Of a stretch of 64,000 bases of DNA, positions 9,122 to 20,139 are shown piece by piece (position 1 is the first letter of the stretch; each line of letters starts with the position of its first letter). The stretch is from positions 31,235 through 95,234 of the forward strand of contig JAQBRG010000002.1 in assembly GCA_028286615.1 (NCBI GenBank), given 5' to 3'. This DNA comes from Parcubacteria group bacterium (GTDB taxonomy: Bacteria; Patescibacteriota; Minisyncoccia; Phycocordibacterales; Phycocordibacteraceae). The position numbers and the translations under genes were made by a program. Below the pieces are notes generated by a model, which was given only the letters and a program-made list of their open reading frames with translations, was not told where the DNA came from and searched no databases.

Positions 9122-12100
9122 ATGGCACCACAACACAATTTCTCTGGGAATTCTTCGGGTCCGAAGAGGACAGGCGGTCCACGCCGAAACGAATGGAATG
9201 CGCTCAAGCTTTCGCTTGCGTCTCCTGAGCGTATCCTCGAATGGTCTCGTGGCGAGATCACCAAGCCGGAAACCATCAACTACCGCACCCAGCGCTCTGA
9301 AAAGCACGGACTCTTCGACGAGAAGATCTTCGGCCCTGAAAAGGACTACGAGTGTTACTGCGGCAAGTACAAGGGTATCCGTTACAAGGGCATCATCTGT
9401 GACAAGTGTGGCGTTGAAATAACCCGCAGCATCGTTCGTCGCGAACGCATGGGTCACATCGAGCTCGTTACGCCAGTTGCGCACATCTGGTTCCTTCGCT
9501 CAATGCCTTCACGTATGGCACTTCTTCTTGGAGTTCCTGCGGCAGACCTTGAGAAGGTTATCTACTTCGCGGGCTACATCGTTACGAAAGTAAACGAGGA
9601 CACGAAGCGTCGCATGCTTGCTGAGCTTGAGAGCGAGTACAAGACCAAGCACAAGGCACTTCAGGAAGAGAAGGAACGTGACGCTCTTAAGGAGCGCATG
9701 ACCACAGCTAAGACTGAGATTGAAAGCGTTGTGGTTGGACGCGTCTTTGACGAGATAACCTACCACCGCTTCTCAGTTCGTTACAGCACGCTCTTCGAAG
9801 CTAAGATCGGAGCCGAGGCTATTTACGACATATTCAAGAACCTCGACCTCAACAAGCTGAAGATTCAGCTCGAAGAGAAGTATCCGAAGTCTGCAGCAGC
9901 AGGCAAGGAGAAGCTCGCAAAGCAGATTGCGCTTGTTACAAACATGATCGCTGCGAAGATTCGTCCTGAATGGATGTTCCTCACGAAGATTCCTGTTATC
10001 CCGCCAGCACTTCGTCCTATGGTTGCGCTCGAGGGAGGACGTCACGCAACATCTGACGTGAACGACCTGTACCGTCGTGTTATCAACCGCAACAACCGTT
10101 TGAAGAAGCTCATCGACATCCACGCGCCTGAGGTTATTCTCCGCAACGAGAAGCGTATTCTTCAGGAAGCCGTTGACGCACTTCTCGACAACTCTATTCG
10201 AAAGAGCGGAGCGAGCGCCGGAGCACTAACTCCAGCACAGCGCCGCCCACTCAAGTCTCTCGCCGACTACCTTAAGGGAAAGCAGGGATACTTCCGCCAG
10301 AACCTTCTTGGAAAGCGCGTGGACTACTCAGGCCGTTCCGTTATTGTTGTGGGTCCTGACCTCGAGCTCGACGAGTGTGGTCTTCCTAAGCACATGGCGC
10401 TTGAGCTCTTCCGCCCATTCGTTATTGCAGGACTTCTGCAGCGCGAACTCGCGTTCAACATCCGTGGCGCCGGTCGTCTTATCGAAGACGGCGTAGCTGA
10501 GGTATGGGAAATCCTTGAAGAGGCAATCGCAGGGAAGTATGTTCTCTTGAACCGCGCTCCTACGCTTCACCGCCAGGGAATCCAGGCATTCCGTCCTCGT
10601 CTTATTGAAGGCGATGCTATCCAGCTTCACCCTCTCGTGTGTCCTGCGTTCAACGCAGACTTCGACGGAGACCAGATGGCTATCCACGTTCCTCTTTCTG
10701 AAGAGGCGCAGTGGGAAGCGAAGAACATGATGAGCGCTAACAAGAACATCTTGAAGCCAGGTTCTGGAAAGATGGTTGTTCTTACAGAGAAGCCGCTTGA
10801 TATCGTGCTCGGAACATACTGGCTTACGAAGGAAATTCCAGGAGCAATGGGCGAGGGCAATTACTTTGCTTCTCCTAACGCGGCTATCCTTGCGCATGAA
10901 TACAACGGAGTAGACCTTCGTGCACTCATCCACGTGATGCCAACACCTGAGAAGGCTAAGTACGCACAGTTCGAAGGAAAGACTTTCGAGACAACCGTTG
11001 GACGTCTTCTCTTCAACACCGTGCTTCCTGCAGACTATCCGTTCGTGAACGATGCCATCACCAAGAAGGTACTCTCAGCGATCATGATGGACTGTATCGT
11101 TCGCTACGGACTCGATGCTATTCCAGGTATCGTGAACAAGGTTAAGAAGTTCGGATTCGAATACGCAACCAAGTCTGGCGTGTCCTGGTCTGTTGACGAC
11201 GTGTCCGTGCCTGAGGGCAAGGGTGCTGTTATCGCAGCCGCACGTAAGAAGGTTGAAGCCGTTGAAGAGAACTTCGAGAACGGACTCCTCTCATCTGATG
11301 AGAAGCGCCGTATGGTTATTGAGATCTGGCACGGCACCAAGACTGAAGTTGAGAAACTCGTCGAGGAAGCGCTTGATCCTATGGGTTCGGTTGCAGACAT
11401 GGTGCGCTCAGGCGCCCGCGGTACGCTCGGCAACCTTACGCAGATGGCCGGTATGAAGGGTCTTATCCAGAACACGGCCGGCGAGACTATCGAAGTGCCT
11501 ATCGTTAACTCGATGACCGAAGGATTCAACCCTGTTGAGTACTTCATGTCGACACACGGTGCACGTAAGGGTCTTACCGACACCGCGCTCGGAACTGCTC
11601 GCGCTGGATACCTCACACGTCGTCTCTTCGACGTTGCGCAGGACTCTATCGTGACTGAAAAGGATTGTGGAACGAAGCGTGGTATTACGGTTGGCCGTGT
11701 GTCAGCTTCTGGTATCACTATCGATTTCGCTGAAGCCATTCGTGGACGCGTTCTCTCAAGTGAGGCGGGAGGTTTCAAGAAGAATCATTATCTTCTTCCA
11801 GAAGAAGCTCGTGCCATTGCCGAGAACACGGAAGTTGAGAACGTTATGCTTCGCTCACCTATGTCCTGCGAAACTCGCTATGGTATCTGTGGCATGTGTT
11901 ACGGAATGGACCTCACGACACAGCTCCCTGTTGATCTTGGAGAAGCGGTTGGTACGGTTGCCGCTCAGGCAATCGGCGAGCCGGGAACCCAGCTCACTAT
12001 GCGTACCTTCCACGCCGGAGGAACCGCGTCCGTTGGAGGAGACATTACCTCAGGTCTCCCTCGTGTTGAGGAAGTCTTCGAGAAGCGCTCTCCAAAGAAC

Positions 12101-12877
12101 GCAGCAGCCGTGTCTCGCACCGATGGATTCGTTGTTGAGATGCGCGAGGAGAACCGTGACCGCATCATCGTGGTTGCCGTTGAAGCTGGACAGGAGAAGA
12201 AGAAGGGAAAGAACGATGGAACATCTATCGAGTACGTCCTTCCATATCCTCGCCAGTCACTCGTTAAGGTTGGAGACAACGTGAAGAAGGGCCAGATTAT
12301 GTCAGACGGTTCTGCCGATCTCGACGAGCTCTTCGAACACGCAGGCCGCTCAGTGGTGCAGGAGTACATCATTGCTGAGACCAGCAAGATCTACGAACTC
12401 CAGGGAGCGTCTGTGTCTCGCAAGCACCTTGAAGTTGTTGTTAAGCAGATGTTCAGCCGTGCCAAGGTTACCGACGCCGGAGATTCCGATTGGTCTGTTG
12501 GCGACGTGGTTGAGCACTGGGAATTCGAAGAAGAGCGCAAGCTTATGGAAGACGATGGAAAGATTGCACCAAAGGTTCGAGAAATGGTTCTCGGTATCAA
12601 GGAGTCCGCACTCTCACGTCGCTCATTCCTTTCAGCTGCGTCCTTCGAGCAGACCACCAAGATTCTTATCAACGCATCTCTTAAGGGATCTGTTGATACG
12701 CTTCGCGGTCTTAAGGAGAACGTTATCCTTGGACGCCTTATCCCCGCAGGTACCGGATTCGCCGGAAGCCAGAAGTTCGCCCACATCCAGAAGATGCAGG
12801 AGCGCCGTGCTGCAGAGCAACGAGTTGTTGATGCAGAACGCCTAGCCGCAGAAGTTGCCGCTACGAACGAGGCATAA
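9122..12877 (+). CDS. rpoC: DNA-directed RNA polymerase subunit beta'
   Basis: NADFDGD catalytic motif, N-terminal Zn finger, QLTMRTFH. Confidence 0.99.
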   Translation: MAPQHNFSGNSSGPKRTGGPRRNEWNALKLSLASPERILEWSRGEITKPETINYRTQRSEKHGLFDEKIFGPEKDYECYCGKYKGIRYKGIICDKCGVEITRSIVRRERMGHIELVTPVAHIWFLRSMPSRMALLLGVPAADLEKVIYFAGYIVTKVNEDTKRRMLAELESEYKTKHKALQEEKERDALKERMTTAKTEIESVVVGRVFDEITYHRFSVRYSTLFEAKIGAEAIYDIFKNLDLNKLKIQLEEKYPKSAAAGKEKLAKQIALVTNMIAAKIRPEWMFLTKIPVIPPALRPMVALEGGRHATSDVNDLYRRVINRNNRLKKLIDIHAPEVILRNEKRILQEAVDALLDNSIRKSGASAGALTPAQRRPLKSLADYLKGKQGYFRQNLLGKRVDYSGRSVIVVGPDLELDECGLPKHMALELFRPFVIAGLLQRELAFNIRGAGRLIEDGVAEVWEILEEAIAGKYVLLNRAPTLHRQGIQAFRPRLIEGDAIQLHPLVCPAFNADFDGDQMAIHVPLSEEAQWEAKNMMSANKNILKPGSGKMVVLTEKPLDIVLGTYWLTKEIPGAMGEGNYFASPNAAILAHEYNGVDLRALIHVMPTPEKAKYAQFEGKTFETTVGRLLFNTVLPADYPFVNDAITKKVLSAIMMDCIVRYGLDAIPGIVNKVKKFGFEYATKSGVSWSVDDVSVPEGKGAVIAAARKKVEAVEENFENGLLSSDEKRRMVIEIWHGTKTEVEKLVEEALDPMGSVADMVRSGARGTLGNLTQMAGMKGLIQNTAGETIEVPIVNSMTEGFNPVEYFMSTHGARKGLTDTALGTARAGYLTRRLFDVAQDSIVTEKDCGTKRGITVGRVSASGITIDFAEAIRGRVLSSEAGGFKKNHYLLPEEARAIAENTEVENVMLRSPMSCETRYGICGMCYGMDLTTQLPVDLGEAVGTVAAQAIGEPGTQLTMRTFHAGGTASVGGDITSGLPRVEEVFEKRSPKNAAAVSRTDGFVVEMREENRDRIIVVAVEAGQEKKKGKNDGTSIEYVLPYPRQSLVKVGDNVKKGQIMSDGSADLDELFEHAGRSVVQEYIIAETSKIYELQGASVSRKHLEVVVKQMFSRAKVTDAGDSDWSVGDVVEHWEFEEERKLMEDDGKIAPKVREMVLGIKESALSRRSFLSAASFEQTTKILINASLKGSVDTLRGLKENVILGRLIPAGTGFAGSQKFAHIQKMQERRAAEQRVVDAERLAAEVAATNEA

Positions 12878-12897
12878 GAAGTTTAGTGCGACAAAAG

Positions 12898-12929
12898 AAA
12901 CACCAGCTGAGAGGCTGGTGTTTCTTTTT
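12898..12929 (+). terminator. Terminator after rpoC
   Basis: aaacaccagct-gag-aggctggtgttt followed by cttttt. Confidence 0.7.
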
Positions 12930-13011
12930 GCAACCTCAGACAACTTGCATAGTTACTGTTTTTGTGTTACTTTATATACAGGAACTGAACATCGAAAAAC
13001 GAGGTATTTAC

Positions 13012-14016
13012 ATGGCCCAGGCCCATACGAAAATCGATGCCGGCCTCAAGGCCGTTGTAATCGCCGCCGCTGGTTGCGAGTCTGCGCTTATGCGCAAGGC
13101 TGCCTTCCAGCAAGCTCAGCGCATGGAAAAGAGCGTGTATATCGGTGTGGTGATTCTGCAAGCTCTCGAAAGGGAGGAGTCGAATGACTGCAAAGTTGAG
13201 GGCCTCATCGCTCTCGGGTTTCAAGGCGTGCTCAGCGAACGGGTTCACGCGCTGCTCTCGAAGCTCATGATCAGTCATGAGCACTCGGGGAAAATCGCTG
13301 TGGCTGCGATCAATGCGTTCCTCGCCCTTCGTGGTGAAGCTGCGCATGCGATTTCGGCCGTCACGATGGTCCTCTCTTCGGACTGCGAAGCTGACTACCA
13401 GTACGGCGCGAAGAATGCCGCGATGAACACCCTCGTGAATATGGGGGAGCGCGGAAATCCTGCCGCCCCTGTTCTCGCGCAGTACATTCTGAACGAGAAC
13501 GAACGCGAGGAAAACCGAAGCATGGCTTGCTATGTCCTTCGGGACATCAAGGCCACGCCTGAGCAAGTGTCGGTGTCGCTGGCCAAATGTCTTCTCATGA
13601 AAGAAGCCAGCGTGGTCAGCTCCGCGCTCGACGTGCTCGAAAGGATTGGCGTCTCGAAAGAAGCGCTGCCGCACCTGATGAAGGCCTTGGAATACGAAGA
13701 CCCTGTTACGGGCCGGGTACGGAATCGAACTCCTGGAATTTTCGGGATGGGCACCTCTGACATGCACGAGTTTGCATGCAATCTGCTCGGAAGTCTTGGT
13801 AAGGATGCGAAAGAGGCCATCCCCATGTTGGAAGAGCTTCTGACTCGTTCTACTGATTTCCCCGGGAACCATCCTCATTCGCCCCCGTACGCGTACCGTG
13901 GGCAAGGCCGGCCTCGGAAGGTTCCTGAAGCTCCGCCTCCACCCCCGTCTCTTCGCTTCACTAGCGAAAGGGCGAAGGAAGCTGCCCGAAAGGCCCTTGT
14001 GGCTATCAGGGGATAA
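13012..14016 (+). CDS. HEAT/armadillo-like repeat protein with Pro-rich C-terminal insert
   Basis: Repeated helical units (LGSLGKDAKEAIPMLEELL, ALDVLERIG, AARKALVAI); GAGGT SD before ATG 13012. Confidence 0.7.
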   Translation: MAQAHTKIDAGLKAVVIAAAGCESALMRKAAFQQAQRMEKSVYIGVVILQALEREESNDCKVEGLIALGFQGVLSERVHALLSKLMISHEHSGKIAVAAINAFLALRGEAAHAISAVTMVLSSDCEADYQYGAKNAAMNTLVNMGERGNPAAPVLAQYILNENEREENRSMACYVLRDIKATPEQVSVSLAKCLLMKEASVVSSALDVLERIGVSKEALPHLMKALEYEDPVTGRVRNRTPGIFGMGTSDMHEFACNLLGSLGKDAKEAIPMLEELLTRSTDFPGNHPHSPPYAYRGQGRPRKVPEAPPPPPSLRFTSERAKEAARKALVAIRG

Positions 14017-14107
14017 AACCCAAACCGCCGCCAGATGCAGAAATGCACTGGCGGCGTTCTATTTGCATACGAAAACAGGTTTCATATCTGAGGGTATAAT
14101 TTAGTTT

Positions 14108-14638
14108 ATGAAAATACTTCTTATTAGACACGGAGAGACAACCGGAGATCTCGAAGACCGTTATGGTGGAATATATGACGATCACCTCACTGAACTAGGT
14201 CAGCAACAGTTACATGAGACTGCTCAACAACTGGTTGGTGTACAGGTTGATAGGCTCTACACCAGCACACTTATACGAGCACAAGAATCTGCAAAGATTC
14301 TCAATGAAGTTCTTAAGACCGAGATAGAACTGGTTGATGGTCTACGGGAGCGCGACTACGGTGTCTTGGGCGGTCTAACTAAAGAGGAAGCGATTGAGAA
14401 ATATCCTGATGCTGTAGAGAAACATAAAGATCCTGCCAATACTGATCCTGAAGGAGAAAGTCTCACAAACTTCACTGAAAGAGTACTAAGCACATTCAAG
14501 TCTCTTGCGCAGCAGGGCGGAGAGATTGTCGTGATGGTGTCCCACGGTGGCCCGATTAAAACGATTATGAGGCATCTGAATATGCAGATTCCTCCCAAGC
14601 TTGGAGACGGAGAAATTATTGAAATTCAGCTACCTTAG
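14108..14638 (+). CDS. Histidine phosphatase (phosphoglycerate mutase family)
   Basis: RHGET and SHGG motifs, LRERDYG. Confidence 0.92.
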   Translation: MKILLIRHGETTGDLEDRYGGIYDDHLTELGQQQLHETAQQLVGVQVDRLYTSTLIRAQESAKILNEVLKTEIELVDGLRERDYGVLGGLTKEEAIEKYPDAVEKHKDPANTDPEGESLTNFTERVLSTFKSLAQQGGEIVVMVSHGGPIKTIMRHLNMQIPPKLGDGEIIEIQLP

Positions 14639-14842
14639 AATTGTAAATCTACTAGACAGAATGATGTCAAACGAAAACCCGCACAAGGCGGGCTTTCTCG
14701 GAACCCCTCACAGGGTATGTGCACAATTGTACGCCTTGAAATTCACGTTGCAATACTAGCTCCATAATCCTTAATGGTGTTGTTTTATGCAGGGTAGATG
14801 CTGGCCATACTCCTATCATCTTTTTGAAGTAGAATGGAAGGA

Positions 14843-16531
14843 ATGGCTGGCGATACCGTAGAACTCATAAAGCAGAAACTCAATATTCTGGAGGTGGTAA
14901 AGCCCTATGTGAAGCTAACGAAAGCAGGGAAGGACTGGAGGGGACTCTCTCCTTTCAATAAGGAAAAGACTCCTTCTTTCTTCGTGTCTCCAGATCGCGG
15001 TACCTTCTTTTGCTTCTCCTCAGGGCAGGGAGGCGACATGTTTACCTTCGTACAGAAAATGGAAGGTGTGGACTTCACCGGCTCTCTCAAGATTCTCGCT
15101 GAGAAGGCGGGTATTGAGATAACACGCGAGAGAACGGTTGATAGATCTCGATTGGATAAGCTGCGTGAAGCTCTGGCTCGAGCTGAACAACTCTTTGTAG
15201 AAGCACTAGAACCAACGGGAGAAGCATACAAGTACGCACTCTCTCGAGGACTAACGCCTGAGAGTATTAAGACCTGGAACATAGGTCTCGCTCCTGATGC
15301 ATGGCGCACCGTTCTAGAGCGCCTGAACGCAGAAGGGTTCTCTGTTGCGGAACTTGCCGCCGCCGGACTCATTAAAGAAGCAGATGGTAAGAGCGGTACC
15401 TGGTACGACAGATTCCGTAACCGGCTTATGTTTCCTATTAAAGATCCCGCAGGACGCACGGTTGCCTTTACAGGTCGCGCGCTATCTCCAGACGAACAGG
15501 CAAAGTATTTAAATAGTCCTGAGACCGAGCTCTACAAGAAGCACGAAGTTCTCTTTGGTATGGAGAAAGCAAAGGATGCTATTCGAACCCGTGGCTTTGC
15601 GGTGCTTGTTGAAGGGCAGATGGATTTGCTCATGCTGCACCAGATAGGATTCCAGAATACTATCGCGCTCTCAGGTACCGCGCTTTCCAAAGAACACCTT
15701 ACCCTTATAAAGCGCTACGCAGACAATCTCATGCTCGCGCTTGATGCAGACCGAGCGGGACTCGCAGCTTCTATGAAGAATGCTATTGCAGCACTTCGCT
15801 CCGGTATGCGTGTTAAGGCAGTACGCATGCCTGAAGGAAAGGACCCGGCAGATCTAGCGAGCGAAGATCCAGAGGGATTCAAAAAACGAGTGGCTGAAGC
15901 TGAGCCTGTTGTTGAGTTCTTCCTCTCAGTGCTTGCAGCGAGCGAGACCGATCCGCATCGCCTTATTCTGGCTGCGGAACGAACCGTACTTCCGCTCATC
16001 CAGGCCTTCCAAAGCCCTATGGAACAGGAGCATTTTATTGCCGTAACAGCGCGCAGTCTTGGCATAGCGCCAGACGCCGTACGAGCTTCTCTGAGCCGTC
16101 TTCCTCGGGAAGGGAACCTTGACTCCGGTCCCGTGTTTCAAGCTCCTAGAGAGGTTCCTGTAGCCCCAAAACTCACACAGGGAGCTGAACGATACGGCCT
16201 TCTACTTCAGGCAGTTGTTGCCAATTATCCGGACACAGAACTTGCTGAAATGCTCAAAAGCGAGTATTCTCGTATTATCGGAGCGGCGTTCCCAGACGAT
16301 CCTATCCCTGAGCGAATCGTATTCGAATCAGGGCAAGCCTTTGGCGAGGACCCGGGACTACACGCAGCAGACGACCTCATACGTTCCTTTGAAAAAGCGG
16401 TCCTCGGAGAGAGGCTCGCTGAAGCTACTATGCGCCTCCGCATGGCAGAGACCTCAAAAGATACCGACGCGATTATACAAGCGGCAGATGATTGCCGAGA
16501 TCTTGCAAAGCGTTTCGCATCGTTTTCATAA
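14843..16531 (+). CDS. dnaG: DNA primase
   Basis: CHC2-like N-terminus (SPFNKEKTPSF), KYLNSPET, VEGQMD, LALDADRAG, KDPAD; start placed 7 nt after TAGAAT. Confidence 0.97.
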   Translation: MAGDTVELIKQKLNILEVVKPYVKLTKAGKDWRGLSPFNKEKTPSFFVSPDRGTFFCFSSGQGGDMFTFVQKMEGVDFTGSLKILAEKAGIEITRERTVDRSRLDKLREALARAEQLFVEALEPTGEAYKYALSRGLTPESIKTWNIGLAPDAWRTVLERLNAEGFSVAELAAAGLIKEADGKSGTWYDRFRNRLMFPIKDPAGRTVAFTGRALSPDEQAKYLNSPETELYKKHEVLFGMEKAKDAIRTRGFAVLVEGQMDLLMLHQIGFQNTIALSGTALSKEHLTLIKRYADNLMLALDADRAGLAASMKNAIAALRSGMRVKAVRMPEGKDPADLASEDPEGFKKRVAEAEPVVEFFLSVLAASETDPHRLILAAERTVLPLIQAFQSPMEQEHFIAVTARSLGIAPDAVRASLSRLPREGNLDSGPVFQAPREVPVAPKLTQGAERYGLLLQAVVANYPDTELAEMLKSEYSRIIGAAFPDDPIPERIVFESGQAFGEDPGLHAADDLIRSFEKAVLGERLAEATMRLRMAETSKDTDAIIQAADDCRDLAKRFASFS

Positions 16532-16570
16532 ACTATATTACTCGTGTTTCTACACTAACTCCTTTTCCCT

Positions 16571-17854
16571 ATGGCTACATCGAAAAAGAAGGTTGCAAAG
16601 AAAGCAGCACCAAAAAAGGTTGCCGCAAAGAAACCTGTTAAGAAAGCCGCTCCTAAGAAAGCGGTTAAGAAGGCTGCACCTGCTAAGTCCGCCAAGAAAG
16701 TTCCTGCAAAGAAGGGAGCGCTTTCAAAGAACGGAAAAGCAATGGCCGTTGTGCGTGTTGCTGCAGGAGGCGCTAAAGCCAAGCTTGCTGTTGAGAAGGG
16801 AGACAAGGCTGAGAAGCTCGTACAGAAAGGAAAGGAGCGCGGCTACATTACCTACTCTGAGATTATTAAGGAGTTCCCGTACGTTGAAGACGACGTTAAC
16901 TTCCTTGAAGAACTCTACGAGCGTTTCGCAAGCAACGGCATCGACATCCTTGAAGGAGGCATGCTCGAAGATACAACTGACCAGTATCTCGCTACCCGCA
17001 ACATCAAGGGACGAGACTCTGCTACCTACGACTCCATCCAGATCTATCTTCGCGAGATTGGACAGTATCCTCTTCTAACCGCAAGCGAAGAAAGGGAACT
17101 GGCTAAGCGCATTGAGAAGGGAGAGGACGAAGCTCGCAACATCCTTGCGCGTTCTAACCTCCGTCTCGTTGTGTCTATCGCAAAGAAGTACGTAGGCCGT
17201 TCTCCGGACCTTACGCTCCTAGACCTTATCCAGGAAGGAAACCTCGGTCTCTTCAAGGCCGTAGACAAGTTCGATTGGAACAAGGGATTCAAGTTCTCAA
17301 CATACGCTACGTGGTGGATTCGCCAGGCTATTACACGAGCTCTTGCTGACCAGTCCCGCACCATCCGTATTCCGGTGCACATGGTTGAAACCATCGCTAA
17401 GTACAAGCAGATCTCTCGCCGTCTCGCACAGGCTCTAGGACGTGATCCTCAACCAGAAGAGATTGCTATTGAGATGGGTGTTGAGGTAGACAAGATCTAC
17501 CAGATCGAGAAAATAAACCAGGATACTCTTTCTCTTGAGAACCCTATTGGTTCAGATGATGACGATCGTTCAACCCTTGGTGACTTTATCGCAGATGACA
17601 AGATTCCTTCTCCGGTACAGGAGTCTTCAGAACGTATTCTTGGAGAGCAGGTTCGAGACATTCTCGAAGACCTCTCACCAAAGGAACGCAAGATTCTTGA
17701 GATGCGACACGGTCTTCTAGACGGCGTGTACCATACTCTTGAAGAGGTTGGAAAAGAATTCGGTGTTACTCGAGAGCGTATTCGCCAGATTGAGGCGAAG
17801 GCACTGGAGAAGATAAGGACGCATGAGAAGGCGAGGAGGTTGAAGAGTTATTAA
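16571..17854 (+). CDS. rpoD: Primary sigma factor with Lys/Ala/Pro-rich N-terminal extension
   Basis: [41 protein letters not shown]; follows dnaG. Confidence 0.97.
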   Translation: MATSKKKVAKKAAPKKVAAKKPVKKAAPKKAVKKAAPAKSAKKVPAKKGALSKNGKAMAVVRVAAGGAKAKLAVEKGDKAEKLVQKGKERGYITYSEIIKEFPYVEDDVNFLEELYERFASNGIDILEGGMLEDTTDQYLATRNIKGRDSATYDSIQIYLREIGQYPLLTASEERELAKRIEKGEDEARNILARSNLRLVVSIAKKYVGRSPDLTLLDLIQEGNLGLFKAVDKFDWNKGFKFSTYATWWIRQAITRALADQSRTIRIPVHMVETIAKYKQISRRLAQALGRDPQPEEIAIEMGVEVDKIYQIEKINQDTLSLENPIGSDDDDRSTLGDFIADDKIPSPVQESSERILGEQVRDILEDLSPKERKILEMRHGLLDGVYHTLEEVGKEFGVTRERIRQIEAKALEKIRTHEKARRLKSY

Positions 17855-17856
17855 AA

Positions 17857-17893
17857 TTTAGTAAAAAGCCCGCTATGCGGGCTTTTTACTAAA
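17857..17893. terminator. Bidirectional terminator (perfect 17-bp inverted repeat)
   Basis: tttagtaaaaagcccgc-tat-gcgggctttttactaaa. Confidence 0.85.
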
Positions 17894-18075
17894 CATACAG
17901 TTGTCTAAAAAAGTATCGAAGGATCTATTCGGATTAATAAAGATAAAAGCTCGGGAATGACTTAGAGACATGGATCCCTTTGAGATGAGTTCTCCGTCCA
18001 AGGCTTGTTAGAAAGTGTCAAATCGAGTTAATACTGCTACGCTCAATAAAAGGCATATAATAAACCTCGCCTCAT

Positions 18076-20139
18076 ATGAATATAGACAAGATCAGCATCA
18101 AAAATTTCCGTCTTCTTCAAGACGTATCTCTCTCGCTTGAAAAAGCGACAACGCTTATTGTGGGTAGGAATAACAGCGGAAAGACTTCTTTAACAGAGCT
18201 TATTCGCAGACTCCTCTCTGAAAAAAATGTATCGTTTCGTCTTGAAGACTTTTCTTTATGTGCACATGAGGAGTTTTGGAGTGCCTTTACTCTCCTTCAT
18301 GAAGAGACGACTGATGAGGAGGTTCGCAAAGCTCTTCCTGTTATTGAAGTATTGATGACAGTGAGTTATGAGAAAAACTCCGTCGACTTTGGTCCGCTTT
18401 CGAATTTCATAATTGATTTGAATCCAGATTGCACGTCCGCAATAATCGCAATCTCTTATCAGTTGGGAGACGGCAAAGTCAAAAACTTATTTGAAGGTCT
18501 TGAGTTTGATCAATCAGCACGTGGCGCTTTCTTTTTGGCAATGAAAGAACGTATCCCAAAGCTCTACAGTATCAGCCTAAATGCAATCGATCCGAACGAT
18601 ATTACGAATACTAAGGAGTTAGAATGGTCTAAGCTCCACACACTTTTAAATGTTGGTTTTATTAATGCACAAAGAGGACTGGATGACGAGACATATAAGG
18701 ACAAAGATATTCTCGGAAAGATTCTTGAGATTCTCTTTACAACAGCACTTGCAGAATCAGCTGACGAAAGTGACCGAAAGACTGCTCAAGATTTGGAAAT
18801 AGCCGTAAAAGGAGTTCAACATGATATTGATTTAGACTTCAATGAGAACCTAAGGAAGCTCGTGCCCGCCTTATCATTATTTGGTTATCCGGGTCTTGCG
18901 GATCCAGGACTTCTAACGGAAACAACCCTGGATGTTAAACGGCTCCTGAAAGACAACACAAAAATTAGATACACCGGCGTAAACGGCATAAGTCTACCTG
19001 AGGCCTTTAATGGTTTAGGTGCACGTAATCTTATATTCATACTCCTCAAACTTTTGGAGTTTTTCAAGACTTACAAGGCTAGTGCAGATACTCCAGGAAT
19101 TCAAGTGGTTTTTATAGAGGAGCCCGAGGCGCATCTGCATCCACAGATGCAAGAAGTCTTTATAAGACAGCTAGATGCCATAGCAAAGGTCTTTGCTGAG
19201 AAATATAACGGCGGTAATCCATGGCCTGTTCAGTTTGTTGTATCGACTCACTCATCCCATATTGCAAACGAGGCTTCTTTCGACGCTACAAGGTACTTTA
19301 TTTCAACTCCAGAAGAAGTTTCTGGAAAAGTATTCTGTAAAACACGAATTAAGGATCTGCGTGTAGGTTTGGATGGAGCTTCTGTTCCCGACAGAAACTT
19401 TTTGCATCAGTACATGACGTTGACTAAATCCGACCTGCTTTTTGCTGACAAGGCAATCTTAATTGAAGGGACGTCTGAACGTCTAATGCTGCCAAAGATT
19501 ATTCAACATGTAGATTTGTCTCAAGCTGAAGATGTAAAACTCGGTAGCCAATATATCACCGTCGTGGAGGTTGGCGGAGCTTATGCCCAAATCTTTTTTG
19601 AGCTTTTGAATTTTCTGGAACTTCGTACACTTATTTTAACTGATATTGATTCAGTGAAGACTGAGAGTGGAGCGGATACTGCTCACAAGAAGGCGTGCAT
19701 TGTTTCTGAAGGTGAACAGAGTTCAAATTCCTGCATAAATAATTGGTTTGTAGATGTTGAGTCTGTTCCCCAGCTTCTTTCAAAGACTTCGGACCAGAAG
19801 ATTGTGGGTATAAAGCGAATTGCTTACCAGGTTCCGGAAGCTGAAGGAGAGAGTTGCGGACGAAGTTTCGAGGGAGCTTTTATGCTCGCTAACCCCGTTC
19901 TTTTTGGTCTGGAGGGTAAGAGTATCCCTGAACGGGAGGCCGAAGTGTGGGATTTGACTAAGGGAATTCGGAAAACTCAGTTTGCTCTCAAGTACGGTAT
20001 TAATGAGACTGAATGGACCGCACCTTTATATATTCGTGAAGGGTTGCAATGGTTAGCAGGTGAACCGTCGGGTGTTCCGCATGCGACAACTGTAACAGTT
20101 GAAGAAACACACGATAACCACGAACAGAATATTTCTTAA
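18076..20139 (+). CDS. gajA: OLD-family ABC-ATPase/TOPRIM nuclease, Gabija GajA-like
   Basis: Walker A GRNNSGKT, FIEEPEAHLHP, STHS, TOPRIM ILIEGTSE and LTDID. Confidence 0.85.
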   Translation: MNIDKISIKNFRLLQDVSLSLEKATTLIVGRNNSGKTSLTELIRRLLSEKNVSFRLEDFSLCAHEEFWSAFTLLHEETTDEEVRKALPVIEVLMTVSYEKNSVDFGPLSNFIIDLNPDCTSAIIAISYQLGDGKVKNLFEGLEFDQSARGAFFLAMKERIPKLYSISLNAIDPNDITNTKELEWSKLHTLLNVGFINAQRGLDDETYKDKDILGKILEILFTTALAESADESDRKTAQDLEIAVKGVQHDIDLDFNENLRKLVPALSLFGYPGLADPGLLTETTLDVKRLLKDNTKIRYTGVNGISLPEAFNGLGARNLIFILLKLLEFFKTYKASADTPGIQVVFIEEPEAHLHPQMQEVFIRQLDAIAKVFAEKYNGGNPWPVQFVVSTHSSHIANEASFDATRYFISTPEEVSGKVFCKTRIKDLRVGLDGASVPDRNFLHQYMTLTKSDLLFADKAILIEGTSERLMLPKIIQHVDLSQAEDVKLGSQYITVVEVGGAYAQIFFELLNFLELRTLILTDIDSVKTESGADTAHKKACIVSEGEQSSNSCINNWFVDVESVPQLLSKTSDQKIVGIKRIAYQVPEAEGESCGRSFEGAFMLANPVLFGLEGKSIPEREAEVWDLTKGIRKTQFALKYGINETEWTAPLYIREGLQWLAGEPSGVPHATTVTVEETHDNHEQNIS

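Noticed and set aside
5930-12877. Many alternative-frame and antisense ORFs within rpoB/rpoC; possible inteins or introns
   Set aside because: Shadow ORFs from codon bias; both proteins are colinear with normal motifs and show no large insertions
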